Source: Paraspadella gotoi
Taxonomy: Eukaryota > Animalia > Chaetognatha
Assembly (NCBI GenBank): GCA_051294375.1
Contig: CM119267.1
Coordinates: 21,211,755 to 21,275,754 of the forward strand
Reading direction: 5' to 3'
DNA length: 64,000 nucleotides
Shown: positions 1 to 14,859 of the stretch, piece by piece
Position numbering within the stretch: the first letter of the stretch is position 1
Layout of the letters: every line of letters begins with the position of its first letter
Notes under the pieces: generated by a model
The model's database searches: none
What the model saw: the letters and a program-made list of their open reading frames with translations, nothing else
What the model was told of the DNA's origin: nothing
Position numbers and translations under genes: made by a program

Positions 1-890
1 TAAATTGTTAATTTAGTTGATCTTTTGTTTAAATTACGAAATCGCAGATCGACTCTAAGACGAAGACAGACTCTTTGAGATTCGAGGCTTTTAGCGAGAG
101 CACGGTTCCACACTCGCAAAATATCATTTTTCAAAAATATCTCTCACTCTCTCTCTTTCTCTCTCCCTGTCTTACAGTCTAACTCTCTCACTCAATCAAC
201 TTCGCACCGTTTCCTCAACTGTTGGGCTAACCTTCACCAGTTGTGCCATGAGAGTGAAATACGTTTTTCACACCGGCTGTTCAGTGTTCAGGGTTCACCT
301 TGTTCTCGCTCTNNNNNNNNNNNNNNNNNNNNNNNNNNNNNNNNNNNNNNNNNNNNNNNNNNNNNNNNNNNNNNNNNNNNNNNNNNNNNNNNNNNNNATA
401 AGAAAACGTGGAAGGCGATAGTTGAAATACTTGAAGAGACGATATAAAATAATGAGAAACAATTATCTGTTATCACTTCTGGGGGGAAGAAAATAATCAA
501 CAAACTTAAGAAAAAAATATAGAAAATCAAAGACAGGGGAAATAAATGGGAAAAAGGGAAAAAAGGAATTAAAATGTAAAAAAAAGGATAAAAAAAAAAG
601 AAGGAAGGAAGCAACGATGATATAATGATATAAAATAGGGAAAAAAACTGGGAAATAAGAATAAGAAATTGAGAAGGATAAAAGAGAAAAGGAATGAAAA
701 AAGACAAAATAGTAGAAATAATTAAGAGAATAAGAAAAAAGAAAAAACGCATTCAAAAGAAAGAGAGAGAGAGAGNNNNNNNNNNNNNNNNNNNNNNNNN
801 NNNNNNNNNNNNNNNNNNNNNNNNNNNNNNNNNNNNNNNNNNNNNNNNNNNNNNNNNNNNNNNNNNNNNNNNNNNNNNNNNNNNNNNNNN

Positions 891-921
<31 letters not shown>

Positions 922-2125
922 GAAGAAAAATAAAGAGGTAAAGAAGAAAACGTAATTTGAAAGTTGAATCTAAATGCGGCATCGAAGAAAGAAAAGAGAA
1001 GACTTGAGAGAAAAAAAAGAAAAGAAAATAAAGAAAAAAGAAAAGAAAGAAAGAAAGAAAGAGAGAAAGAAAAAAAAAGAGAAAAAAAAGAAAAAAAAGA
1101 AAGAGACTCTAAATTTGCGTCACTAGCAAAAAAAAAAGTTATTCTATTGATTTTTCCTGCGGATTCTAATTTTTCGTTGTCGATGTTTTTGTTGTTGCTG
1201 TCTTAGCCTTTTTTCTTTAATTCCATTTTGTTGACAATGGAATTTTGACGTCGAAATCTTTCTTCTTGGTTTCACTCTCTTCACAGAAATTGATCTAATA
1301 TAGAGTCATAGACTATAGTATATGCAAAACAATTATTGACAAATCAAGGGTTAGTTGTGATAGCTATCTGTTGCCATGACGACGACTAATTTAAACGAAA
1401 GCAAAACTTGGTCGAAATACTCTCTCTTTCTCACTCTCTCTCTCTCTCTCTCTCTCNNNNNNNNNNNNNNNNNNNNNNNNNNNNNNNNNNNNNNNNNNNN
1501 NNNNNNNNNNNNNNNNNNNNNNNNNNNNNNNNNNNNNNNNNNNNNNNNNNNNNNNNNNNNTCTCTCTCTCTCTCTCTCTCTTGTCCTTAGAATCATTCGT
1601 GACTCGGAATTTTCTCAGAAACAGACGAAGCTTCTTCTCGAAAGTGAGTTTCCCATTCACGTCGACGGATTCTGTGAAAACCTCACTCGATTTTGTCCCA
1701 CGACTCGTGACACAGACTCTTGCCTTTACCCTGGAAGCTGATTCGCTTTAAAAAGTCACTCGCGCACAAAATGGGCCAGAAAAAAAAAGCCTCGTCTTCG
1801 GGTGACTTTCGCTGGGAAGAGAAACTCGAGTTTTCGATCTTGTTTTGAACCTTACGCAACCACATCAACAATATAATTTTAAATTTATTTATTTATCACT
1901 GTGTGAAGTTTTTCACAAGCCAGTCACCGATAATTGAAATTTAAGCTTCTTTCGCTTTTTAAGACTTAAGTTTTAAAATAAAGATAGTATAGTGGCGAAT
2001 CCTAAAATGGTGAAACTCAGCTCGTCCCCTTGGCTTGGACAGCTAGTGACATATGGTGGTCACTGCATGTCCAAATCCTTGAGAGCCAGCTGACCGGAGA
2101 TGCCCGCGCATAACAAATGTTCACA

Positions 2126-2161
2126 ACTTAAGTTAACTTAAGTTAACTTAAGTTAACTTAA
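2126..2161. repeat. Tandem palindromic decamer (AACTTAAGTT)n
   Basis: About 3.5 copies of a self-complementary 10-mer. Confidence 0.85.
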
Positions 2162-2789
2162 CCCCTTCGCACAATTGGCTACATTAACGATATTAGTCAC
2201 AAGTTCACCTAATTTTATCCCGTTTCTTCCTTCCAATCCTTTTTCTATCTTTTTCATTTCCTCACCTCAGCATCCTTTTCTTCTTCCCTCACCTTCTGCC
2301 TTACCCTTTATCTCTTCCTCCCTCATCTTCTCTCTTTTCCTCACCCGACTTTTTCATTTCCTCCTCAATCTTTCCCACTTACCTTTTCCATTCCTTTCTT
2401 TCCTTTTTTTCTTTCCTTTTTTTTCTCGATTTTTTTTTTTTTAACGCCGGCGCCAATTTACCCCAAAAGAGCCTCCGCACACTCTCTCTAACTTTTACTC
2501 TCTCTCTCTCTCCCTCTCTCTCTCTCTCTCTTACTCTCCGTTTTCATTGGCCGCCATTTCCCTGTTTTTGATCATTGATATTCAACTCACAAATATTGAT
2601 CATGTCGTTGTACGTTGTTCTTTTATTTCTCTCCTCAACATGAGCATAAAATCTTTCCTTCTATTCTCCACCTCCCAACCTCTATAATATTTTTTTTTAT
2701 AAAGTTTTCCTCGTTCGAGCTCATTCAGTTTTGATTGTTACAACCATAACATCGTTTCATGGCTTCAAATGGTAATCCTTCCTCCCGGG

Positions 2790-2850
<61 letters not shown>

Positions 2851-2984
2851 GTCCCAATCACACCTAATCGGAAAAGCTTGAATCTCCCATCTAACGCTTT
2901 CCCTGTGGTGGAAAAAGACCAAGTCGCTTTGAGACGTTCGCAGTCATACATCACTCAATCCTTTCCTTTTGTAAAGCGAGTTTT

Positions 2985-3047
<63 letters not shown>

Positions 3048-5724
3048 CTCCTCTCTCTCTTTTTTCTGTCTTTTTATTCAATTTCTATTTACTGTCTCCC
3101 TCTCTTTTTTCTCTATTTTTCTATTGTCTTTGTTTCAATTTAATTTTAATTCCTCAATATATTCTACGATTATTTAACATTCATGCAAGCTTTCTTTTCT
3201 TTTATTGCACTAAATAAATTAAAAGCGATCCACCGTTAACCTTGTTCAGTCTCTGTGTCTTTAATTTATATGATCAATTGAATATCACGATTATCAATCC
3301 TGAACTCACCCCTCTCACTCTCTACTCTTCTCCCCCCCTTCTCCCTCTCTCTCGAGATCCCGAGTACAAGAAAAAAAAATTTTCTGCAAAACATGTTTTG
3401 GAATATATCCGTTTCGTCCTTTACGAAATGAAAACAAGAGATACGGAATTAGCTCTTTTTTTTTTCCACCCTCATTTTTCTCAACCCATTCACGATGTAG
3501 TTTTCTTTTTAAGTTTCCACCGGCGCTCTACTAAAGCTTTAGTGGTTTTTTCCGTAGAAGAAGATGGGAGCGCAGGGAGTTAGGGGGGGGAGAGCGAAAA
3601 AAGGAATTTTGGCGAAGTCGTAAAAGAAAAGAAACAAAAATGTGTGTTTGGCTTCGGCGAGTGGATTTTTTAAAAAAAAACCGGGCCGATATAACTCAGC
3701 GGCCGGAAAGAGAAAGATCGCGTTCGCGTGGACAGACGCCTGTCAGTTGTTTCGACGAGTGCGACGTGCGACCCGTAGTAGACTCTATGTCTATAGGTCC
3801 CTCTTAGAGTGGGAGAGAGAGCTATATCGCTTTACTGATTTAATTTTGTCCATTGTTAAAGAATGCTGTCAATTAGAAAAACTGAAATAATAATAATTCA
3901 ACGACACGACTTAATTAATATAGAAAAACTGTCTACCAAGATTTTCCCAAATTTGCTTTTCTTAAAGTATTCATCGAATTGATCAATCGTTTGTGCATTT
4001 CTCGTCCCGTTTTTAGCTCGCGAGCAAAAAAAAACCCTGTTCTATTTTGTTCCATATCTCCTAATTTGTTGTCAACAAATTACGAGGATAAGGCCGCCGC
4101 CATTTTCACACGTTCCCTCTTATAAACTTGTGGTTTTGTTATGTCCAGATGCGTCTCTTTAAACGCATCTCTATAAGCAGGGATTTAATATAACAAATTT
4201 GTAGTTTTCAAATAATTTTTTGCATATTTATTACTCATTACAGTTATGAAAATTGCTATTATGAACATTTAGAAGAAAAAATGTTTTTGTTTACAAACAA
4301 CGAGTTTTATTATTGTAAGATATGTTTCAACTGTTTTTTTCAATCTTTTTTTAAACTAAAAATTTTTTTTTTATTAATTATAGTTTTATACAACCAATTA
4401 AAAATTCATTCATTCAATAAATAAGCTAAATTACCCCTGACTTCTAATACGCTATAAAATAGGCTTCCTACAAAATTATGTAACAGTTTCATAATAGTAA
4501 TAACATTACTAGTAATTAACAAGTTTATACATCGATCTCGCAATCATTTTAAGGGTCCGACGCATCAGTGGATTCTGTTTTTTTCTCTGTTTTCTTCTCT
4601 CTTGTTTCCTTGTTTCGCCTCTCTGACCCGCGACGCCCTTAAAAGACGAGAACCTTCCTTGTTCTCTCTAAGTAACACCGTTTTTTTGTGTGGAGGCGCG
4701 GAACGGAGGGGGGTGTTCGGAGGGGGGAAGGGATCGGAGCGAAAATGCAACGAGGGCTAAAAGGAGGGAAGGCGGGGCGAGAGGACATCGCCTAGAGATA
4801 AGGCTTTTGTGTCCAGAGACCAATAAATCTGAGCTGAGATTTCGATCCTGCTACGTCGACGTTTTTCTCCTGGGGGGGGAGGTGAGGGGTGAGGTGGGTG
4901 GATGGGGATGGGGAGGAGGGGGGTGGTGGAGGAAGAAATTAAAAAAGAGGGGAGGAGGAGGAGGAGGAGGAGGAAGAAGAGAATTAAGGGGAGAAAAAAG
5001 TTGAATAATGAAGAATAAATAATAATCTAAATATCGAAAGAGCCGTAAGATTAGAGAAGAAGCGTTGTAGAAACGAGGTACAACACAGTTTGAGTTTTAG
5101 CTATCTTACTCGCCCTTTTTTAGCTAGGTTTAATGGTAAGTACCTGTGTGTTGAAGTAAAGAAGCGTATATTTTGCGGCTCTAGAGAGGGATGAAAAAAA
5201 TGGGGAAGATTGTATTTAATAATTTATTTTTTCACTTTCTTTATGATTTAAAGGTATTTTACGAAAAACATATTTTATGACTTTAAAACTTACGTATATA
5301 TTTTGAAAATCACTTTATAGAGTTTTCGGGTTATAAGATGAAAAGGTTGGTCACCGAACCTTGGACACTGGACATTGGACACAATAAAGGACAACAACAG
5401 AAACAAAAGGTTAAAGAGAGAAATGAAAAAGGAGTCACAAATCTAAAGGAAACAAAAAAGGAAAGTGAGGTGAAGGAGGAAGAGGAGGAGTAAGAGGGGG
5501 ATGAAGAAGAGAAGGTAGGAATTAGGTGGGCGTGAGCAGACGAGATAGTGAAAATGAAGGGAGAAGATTCGTGATCGATCGAGCGAAGAATTTTTGTGAT
5601 ATTTTATGTGATTCACTGTGACTTTAATTTATTCTTTGGGAATTAAGGAATTCTGTCTAATGATTTTAAAGTTTTGGTGAATTTTCTTCTCTTGAATAAT
5701 CAATAAGGTAGGATTTTATATGAC

Positions 5725-5915
5725 ATATCTATGAGACTATGACATACCACTTCATGATAGGGAAGCCAGTATCTCTGGGATGAATAAACGAGACTGAGAT
5801 AAAGTCTTGCAGGGACCTACTATGTCATTATCATGTGAGAGTGATGGAGGCTTTAACCTCTAGCCTGTCCAAAGTAAGGAGAAAATGCTTATTTACTATT
5901 GATGAATGAATAATT
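5725..5915 (+). mobile_element. Longer copy of the (TGAA)n-tailed SINE-like family
   Basis: GGAAGCCAG..GAATAAACGAGACT..CTTGCAGGGACC..GTGATGGAGGCTTTAA..CCTGTCCAAAG..GATGAATGAAT. An independent inverted copy lies at 60515-60680. Confidence 0.5.
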
Positions 5916-6025
5916 TTATTTTTTATAATTACAATTGGCGCCACCTAAGGGACGACGTCCGATTCGGCTGATTCACGTTTTCTCTATCTCTCTCTGCTCT
6001 CTCTCTCTCTCTCTCTCTATCTCGT

Positions 6026-6057
<32 letters not shown>

Positions 6058-6753
6058 CTGTTTTGGTTGTCATTTTATTTATTCTTTCCCGTTTAAATAA
6101 AAAAACAACAAATAAATTAAAATGAAAACAAATGATAAATTATCCCGTAGAGCGTTCTACCGGAAGTTATGAAACCGCAAGCGAGAAAAAAAGAAAGATC
6201 CTAAAGCCACGCCACCAGAAAAAAAAATTACGAAAGAATTAAGCAAAAAACCGAAAAAAAAAAGAATAGAGAGGATTGGAAATCATCCCCCCCATCCCGC
6301 ACCCCCTACCCTTCGGCTGCCGCTGCTGCGATCGGAGCGACGGCGGCGGAGGCGGCGGCCGCCCGCAGCATAAAAGGAAGTCCGCTTTGATTCTTTCCAG
6401 CTTTTTTTATCCGTCAACATTTGAAAATAAAAAAAATTAATCGAAATCAAAACCGGACGCGTTCGTCATAGAGATCAGGGTTACCACAATTCTTTTTTTC
6501 CGCAATAATTGTCAAAGAACATTGAACAAAATTTTTTATTAAAAAAAAAAAAATAGATTAAAGTCTATTCCCCTCTTTCATCCGCATCAAACTTCAAAGA
6601 CTCACAACAAAATCACAACATGTAAACATGAGAGAGAGAGAGAGAAAAACAGGAATATATATGACTTATAGCGAAAAACTTAAAAACTCCTTCGGGGATC
6701 CAGGATTCTGTTTCGGTCATTGCTCGGTTATTCCAAATCGAATAAAGTGATTC

Positions 6754-6786
<33 letters not shown>

Positions 6787-9474
6787 CTCTTCTCTCTGTC
6801 CCAATGTCCCCCTTTTCCGCTTATCTTTGCCACGGATCTCTCGGTTCCGATTCCTTGATAGATGAACCATTAGTCCATTTGGTTGAATTAAGCCACGAAT
6901 GAAAACGAACGACGACGACGACGACGACGACGACGATGACCGTCGGTGAGATTTCGTGAATCGAACGCCGGAGAACCTCCGTTCACCGATTTCTCAGCTC
7001 GACTCGTGATCGGAATCAACATATTGTTTTGTCAAATATTTTTACCGCAATATTAGGGTAACCTTTTCGCCACTATGCATAGATTATCATAATTACGGTC
7101 ATTTGACGTTTAATAACAAAATTTATTCACAAAATATGCAAGAATTTCATCCGAAAGCGTCAACATTTCCCCATTCTCGCTGACTTGTTCTCTCCCGTGT
7201 TTGTCGTTGTCTTTTTGCTTCTCCGAGAGGTCAGTCGTTTACAAAAAGTCCGGCAGATGTCCGCCCCTTTAGTCCGCCAATTTGAGTTCAGAGCCAAAAC
7301 AAAAAGACAAAAGTGTTCGCTTCTTTTTAACAAACAACATCAAAAGATAATAATAAATAAATAATAATAATAAATTAAGAGTGGGATTGTTATACGTTTA
7401 ATTCTTTGAGATAAGGTTTACTACCTTTATTTATTAAATCATCGTATCTATCTATCATCATTATCTATCATATTCCTTATCACTATCCGACTCAACAATA
7501 GATTGAATGATTATTAAAATCACGACTCATCACGGCGACTTTTGAAAACGATGTAGCAAGAATGTCTGTGAGCGAAGATAATAACGAAGGAGAACTTTTG
7601 AATGTACAAAGATTGCTATCTCGAAAACAATGATGATGTCCGATATGATGATAGAAAAGACGACGACGATGACGATGACATGACGATGATGATGATGATG
7701 ATGACGACGATGATGATGACAGAAACGACGACGACGACAGCTACGACGATTACTTCAACGGGGAGGAAGGCGGTCGGTGAGCAAGCTCTCGCGGTGCGTG
7801 GGTTTTTTTAATCCATCTCCTCACTCTCTCTCACTCTTCTCTCTCCTTCCCCCTCTCCCATCCCCTACCTACCCACCCTCCCCCCCGCCCTCCCCCTCCG
7901 CATTACTCATATTCGTAATCTTGTTTATCCCATCGCGACTAACGACATTTCTCCCAGAATCACTCTCCTCGCTTTTGCTGGGAGGATGGTTGGGGTGCGG
8001 AGGTGGGGTGAAAAGTGTTGGGGTGTGATAGGGGGGTGGCATATGGTTGCGTGGGTTTCTGGGGTTGGAAATGAGATTTAGTGAGTCTGTGAGTGAAAAT
8101 GGTTTGGGTGGGGCAGTGGTGGCAATTCTTGCGTGGTGAAGTTGCGGTCGTGAATAATGTTGGCGTGGAGTCGATTTTAGAAGTTGATTTTGGGTCCGTG
8201 AAGCTTAGAAATTACGGGGGTTGATGAATTGGCCATGGATGCGAAATTATTAAGTGGTAGTGATGATATTGGAAATGAATTGAAGTGAATCGAGTTGAAA
8301 ACAGTAAGGTGTATCGAGTTTCTAAAAGGTTTGGCTGGTTTGGGTGCGGTGTCGCGAAAAAGGTTTTGTTAGGGTGAAAGGAAAATTGAAGATGGAAATT
8401 GTTAGATGAGTTAAAACAGTTTGGTCGAGACCGGGAGGAACTGACTAGGTAGTGGGGTGTGAGGGTGGAAGGTAGGAAAGTTTAGCGGTGGTAAGATATT
8501 GGGGATTAAAAAGGTGATTTCGGTTATTGCAATGCATTAGTTTAGCCAAGTGATTCTAATTCGAACGGTGACAGAAGATGTATTGAATTTCGTTGAAATG
8601 TTTGAGGTAACGTTGTCGGTTTTAGGACCCGGGTATGAAGGGGATTGATGATGCCCCTGTGATAATGATGTCTGGGGGATAACAGTGACATCGATTCAGT
8701 TATCACCATAATTCTGTTCCAATGCTGACGGTAAACCACCGCATCAGTTATACAGTGAGTCTGGTTTCAGATAAGTCATCGATGACATTCCATGACACTG
8801 ATGAATCAGAATGAGCCAATCCGGTTCCGCTATCGCTTCCGCCGATCCGCTTTCGTTCGGCTTCCCGCTTCTGCCCGGCCGAACAGCTTCGAGTGTCGTC
8901 GATGCTGTGAGGACGCGCCGAAAACTTGCGGCGGCGAATCGTCGTCTTCGTCGTCGTCGTGTCTGCGGCGAACGGACGCGGAATTTCGGAAGGGGATAAT
9001 CGTCTGTCGTTTCGTCGTTCGTGCGTCGTCTGTCGTCGTGTCGTCGTCGTCGCCCGTCGTCGTTCGTCGTTCGGTGCGCAGTCGTCGAGTTCGTCTTTTT
9101 TTTTCCGCCCGAGACCGGGGGCGGAAAGAAGGGTGGTCGGGGGAAAGGGGAGAGGCGGAGGAGGAGGTCGTGTGATTGAGCTCCCGGTGGAACGACATAG
9201 CTGTCGGGGGCGGGTGGCGCGCGGGCCCCAGGGCTTAGGGGCGACTAAACGACCCGACGATTTCTGAAAACAGTTGCGCAGTGACTTTTCCTGTTTTTTT
9301 CTCTTCCGTCGCAGTATTTTTCTAATATATACTCTCTTCGCTCGGGAGGAGAGAGAGGAGGAGATGAGAGCTCGATCGAGAGAGACTTGAGGAGAGAGAG
9401 ACGAAGTAGGAGGAGAGGAGGCAGATTTTTAGGTTCCCATCTCTCTCCTNNNNNNNNNNNNNNNNNNNNNNNNN

Positions 9475-9577
9475 TTTTTTTTTTATAAGTTTTTCCTCGT
9501 TCGAGCTCATTTCAGTTTTGATGTTACAAACCATAACATCGTTTCATGGCTTCAAATGGTAATCCTTCCTCCCGGGG

Positions 9578-9609
<32 letters not shown>

Positions 9610-9646
9610 NNNNNNNNNNNNNNNNNNNNNNNNNGAGAGAGAGGAG

Positions 9647-9711
<65 letters not shown>

Positions 9712-9844
9712 AAAACTCGCTTTACAAAAGGAAAGGATTGAGTGATGTATGACTGCGACCGTCTCAAAGCGATTGGTCTTTTTCCACCACAAGGGAAAGC
9801 GTTAGATGGGAGATTCAAGCTTTTCCGATTAGGTGTGATGGGAC

Positions 9845-9904
<60 letters not shown>

Positions 9905-12900
9905 CTCCGGGAGGAAGGATACCATTTGAAGCCATGAACGATGTTATTGGTTTGTCTGAACAATCAAACTGAATTGAGCCTCGAAGAGGAAAAACTTATA
10001 AAAAAAAATATAAGAGGTGGGAGTGGAGAATCAGAAGGAAAGTATTTTATGCTCATGTTGAGGAGAGAAATAAAAGAACAACGTACAACTGACATGATCA
10101 ATATTTTGTTGAGTTGAATATCAATGATCAAACAACAGGGAATTATGCGGCCCAAAGGACCAATATGAAGAAGAACGGAAGAGTAGAAGAGTAGTAAGAG
10201 AGTGTCAGCTGGTAATGGCTTCAGGGTGAGAAAAAATCTAGGATAGAAGAAAAGGGAAGACTGAAAAGAAGAGAGTTGTGAACGAAGAATGGTACTTAAA
10301 TTAGGCGCGGTTAAAAAATTGAGAAAAAACAGGATATGGAGAAAAAAAGCATAAACTGAATTTCAAGGAAAAGGTAAGTAGGAATATGATTATGAAAAAG
10401 AGAAATGTGAGAAAATCGGGTGAGGAAAAGAGAGAAGATGAGGAGGAAGAGATAAGGTAAGGCAGAAGGGGTGAGGAAGAAGAAAAGGTGCCTGAGGTGA
10501 GAAATGAAAAAGATAGAAAAGGATTGGAAGGAAGAAACGGGATAAAATTAGGGTGAAATTTGTGACTAATATCGTTAATGTAGCCAATTGTGCGAAGGTT
10601 AATTCTTAAAGTAAACTTAGTAACTTAAGTTGTGACATTTTGTTGATGCGCGGGTGGAGCTGCCTTCGTCAGCGTGGCATCTGAAGGATTTGGACAGCAT
10701 GTGACCACCATATGTCAAAACTGTTTGAGCTGTCCCAAAGGGCCAAAAGAGGACGAGCTGAGTTTCACCATTTTGGCGTATTCCCCGACCCTATACTATC
10801 TTTTATTTAAAACTTAATCTTAAAAAGCGAAAAGAGCTTAAATTTCACTTATCGGTGACTGGCTTGTGAAAACTTCCACCAGTCTGATAAATATAAATTC
10901 TGAAAATTATATTGTTATGTGGTGCGATAAGGTTCAAAACAAGATCGAAAACTCGAGTATTCTCTTCCAGCGAAAGTCACCACGAAGATTTTTTCTGTCT
11001 TTTTATTCAATTTCTATTTTACTGTCTCCCTCTCTTTTTTCCTCTATTTTTTCTATTTGTCTTTCTGTTTCAATTTAATTTTAATTCCTCAATATATTCT
11101 ACGAATTATTTAACATTCAATGCAAGCTTTCTTTTCTTTTATTGCACTAAATAAATTAAAAGCGATCCACCGTTAACCTTGTTCAAGTCTTCTGTAGTCT
11201 TTTAATTTTATAATGATCAATTGAATATCACGATTATCAATCTGAACTCACCCCTCTCACTCTCTATCTCTCTCCCCCCCTTCTCCCTCTCTCTCGAAGA
11301 TCCCGAGTACAAGAAAAAAAAAACATTTTCTTGCAAAACATGTTTTGGAATATAATCCGTTTCGTCCTTTACGAAATGAAAAACAAGAGATACGGAATTA
11401 GCTTCTTTTTTTTTTCCACCCTCATTTTTCTCAACCCATTCACGATGTAGTTTTCTTTTTAAGTTTCCACCCGCTCTACTAAAGCTTTAGGTGGTTTTTT
11501 CCGTAGAAGAAGATGGAAGCGAGGGGGAGTTAGGGGGGGGGGAGAGCGAAAAAGTAATTTTGGCGAAGTCGTAAAAGAAAAGAAACAAAAATGTGTGTTT
11601 GGCTTCGCGAGTGGAAAAAAAAAGGGCCGATATAACTCAGCGCCGGAAAGAGAAGATCGCGTTCGCGTGGAAGACCCTGTCAGTTGTTTCGACGAGTGCG
11701 ACAGTGCGACCCTGTAGTAGACTCTACTGTCTTATAGGTCTCTTTAGAGTGGGAGAGAGAGCTATATCGCTTTTACTGATTTAATTTTTGTCATTGTTAA
11801 AGAATGCTGTCAATTAGGAAACTGAATAATAATAATTTCAACGACAGACTTAATTAATATAGAAACTGTCTACCAAGATTTTCCCAAATTTGCTTTTTCT
11901 TAAAGTCTTCATCGAATTGATCAAATCGTTTGTGCATTTCCTCGTCCCGTTTTTAGCTCCCGAGGCAAAAAAACCCTGTTTATTTTGTCCATATCTCCTA
12001 ATTTGTTGGTCAACAAATTACGAGATAAGGCGCCGCCATCTTCAACACGACCCATCTTATCAACTTGTGGTTTTTGTTATGTCCAGATGCGTCTCTTTAA
12101 ACGCATCTCTATAAGCAGGGATTTAATATAACAAATTTGTAGTTTCAAATAATTTTTTGCATTATTTAATTACTCATTACAGTTATGAAAATTGCTATTA
12201 TGAACATTTTTAGAAGAAAAAAAAATGTTTTTGTTTACAAACAACGAGTTTTATTATTGTACAGATATGTTTCAACTGTTTTTTTTCAAATCTTTTTTAA
12301 AGCTAAATAAATTTTTTTTTATTAATTATAGTTTTATACAACCAATATAAAAATTCATTCATTCAATAAATAAGCTAAATTACCCCTGACTTCTAATACG
12401 CTATAAAATAATTAGGCTTCCTTACAAAATTATGTAACAGTTCATAATAGTAATAACATTACTAGTAATTAACAAGTTATACATCGATCTCGCAATCATT
12501 TTAAGGGTCCGACGCATCAGTGGATTTCTGTTTTTTTTCTCTATTTCTTCTCTCTTGTTTCTTGTTTCGCCTCTCTGACCCGCGACGCCCTTAAAAGACG
12601 AGAACCTTCCTTGTTCTCCTTAATGTAAACACCGTTTTTTTGTGTGGAGGCGCGGAGACGGAGGGGGGGTGTTCGGGAGGGGGGAAGGGATCGGAGGCGA
12701 AAGGGCAACGAGGGCTAAAAAGGAGGGAAGGCGGGGGCGAGAGGACATCGCCTAGAGATAAGGCTTTTGTGGTCCAGAGACCAATAAATCTGAGCCTGAG
12801 ATTTCGATCCTGCTACGTCGACGTTTTTCTCCTGGGGGGGAGGTGAGGGGGTGAGGTGGGTTGATGGGAGATGGGGAGAAGGGGAGGTGGTGGAGGAAGA

Positions 12901-13929
12901 AATTAAAAAAGAGGAGGAGGAGGAGGAAGTTGGAATAATGAAGAATAAATATTAAATAATAATCTAAGATATCGAAAGATGCCGTAAGATTAGAGAAGAA
13001 GCGTTGTAGGACGAGGTACAACACAGTTTGAGTTTTAGCTTATCTTACTCGCCCTTTTTTAGCTCAGGGTTTAATTGTCGTACTGTGTGTGTGTAATGAA
13101 CGTAATTTTGCCGGCTCAAGAGAGGGATGAAAAAAGATGGGGAAGATTTGTATTTTAATAATTTATTTTTTTCACTTTCTTTATGATTTTAAAGGTTATT
13201 TTATGAAAAACATATTTTACGACTTTAAAACTTACGTATATATTTTTGAAAATCACTTTATAGAGTTTCGGGTTATAAGATGAAAAGGTGGTAACTGAAC
13301 CTTGGACACTGGACATTGGACACAATAAAAAGGGACAACAACAGAAACAAAAGGTTAAAGAGAGAAAGAAAAAGGAGTCACAAATCTAAAGGAACAAAAA
13401 AGGAAGGTGAGGTGAAGGAGGAAGAGGAGGAGTAAGAGGGGGATGAAGAAGAGAAGGGAGGAATTAGGTGGGCGTGGCAGACGAGATTAGTGGAAAATGA
13501 AGGGAGAAGATTCGTGATCGATCGAGCGAAGGATTTTGTGATATTTTATGTGATTCACTGTGACTTTAATTTATTCTTTGGGAATTAAGGTATTTCTTGG
13601 TCTAATGATCTTTAAGTTTTGGTGAATTTTCTTCTCTTGAATTATCATTAAGGTAGGATTGTATATGACATATCTATGAGACTATGACATACCACTTCAT
13701 TGATAGGGAAGCCAGGTACTCTGGGAGTGAATAAACGAGACTGTCATTATCTTGTGAGAGTGATGGAGGCTTTAAACTATCATAGCCTGTCCAAAGGGGC
13801 AAGATATTTTATTTACTATTGAATGAATGAATAATTTTATATTGGATTTACCAATTTCATAGAAGAAAGTCTTTTTGGTTGTTTTTCGATTTCTTGTATT
13901 GAGTTTTGAAGAACCGTTGGTGATTCACG

Positions 13930-13973
<44 letters not shown>

Positions 13974-14669
13974 GGTTGTCATTTTATTTATTCTTTCCCG
14001 TTTAAATAAAAAAACAACAAATAAATTAAAATGAAAACAAATGATAAATTATCCCGTAGAGCGTTCTACCGGAAGTTATGAAACCGCAAGCGAGAAAAAA
14101 AGATCTTAAAGCCACGCCTCCAGAAAAAAGAAATTACTAAAGAATTAAGCGAAAACCCGAAAAATAAAAAAAAGAAATAGAGAGGATTGGAAATCATCCT
14201 CCCCCATCCCGCACCCCCTACCCTTCCGGCTGCCGCTGCTGCGATCGGAGCGACGGCGGCGGAGGCGGCGGCCGCCCCGGCAGCATAAAAGGAAAGTCCG
14301 CTTTGATCTTCAGCTTTTTTTATCCGTCAAACATTTGAAAATAAAAAAAATTAATCGAAATCAAAACCGGACGCGTCGTCATAGAGATCAGGGTTACCAC
14401 AATTCTTTTTTTCCCGCAATAATTGGTCAAAGAACATTGAACAAAATTTTTTATTAAAAAAAAAAAAATAGATTAAAGTCTATTCCCCTCTTCATCCGCC
14501 AATCAAACTTCAAAGACTCACAACAAAATCACAACATGTAAACATGAGAGAGAGAGAGAGAAAAAAGGAGATATATATGACTTATAAGCGAAAACTTAAA
14601 AACTCCTTCCGGGGATCCAGGATTCTGTTTCGGTCATTTGCCTCGGTTATTCCAAATCGAATAAAGTGA

Positions 14670-14717
<48 letters not shown>

Positions 14718-14825
14718 CCCAATGTCCCCCTTTTCCGCTTATCTTTGCCACGGATCTCTCGGTTCCGATTCCTTGATAGATGGAACCATTAGTCCCATTC
14801 TGGTTGATTTAAGCCACGAATGAAA

Positions 14826-14859
<34 letters not shown>

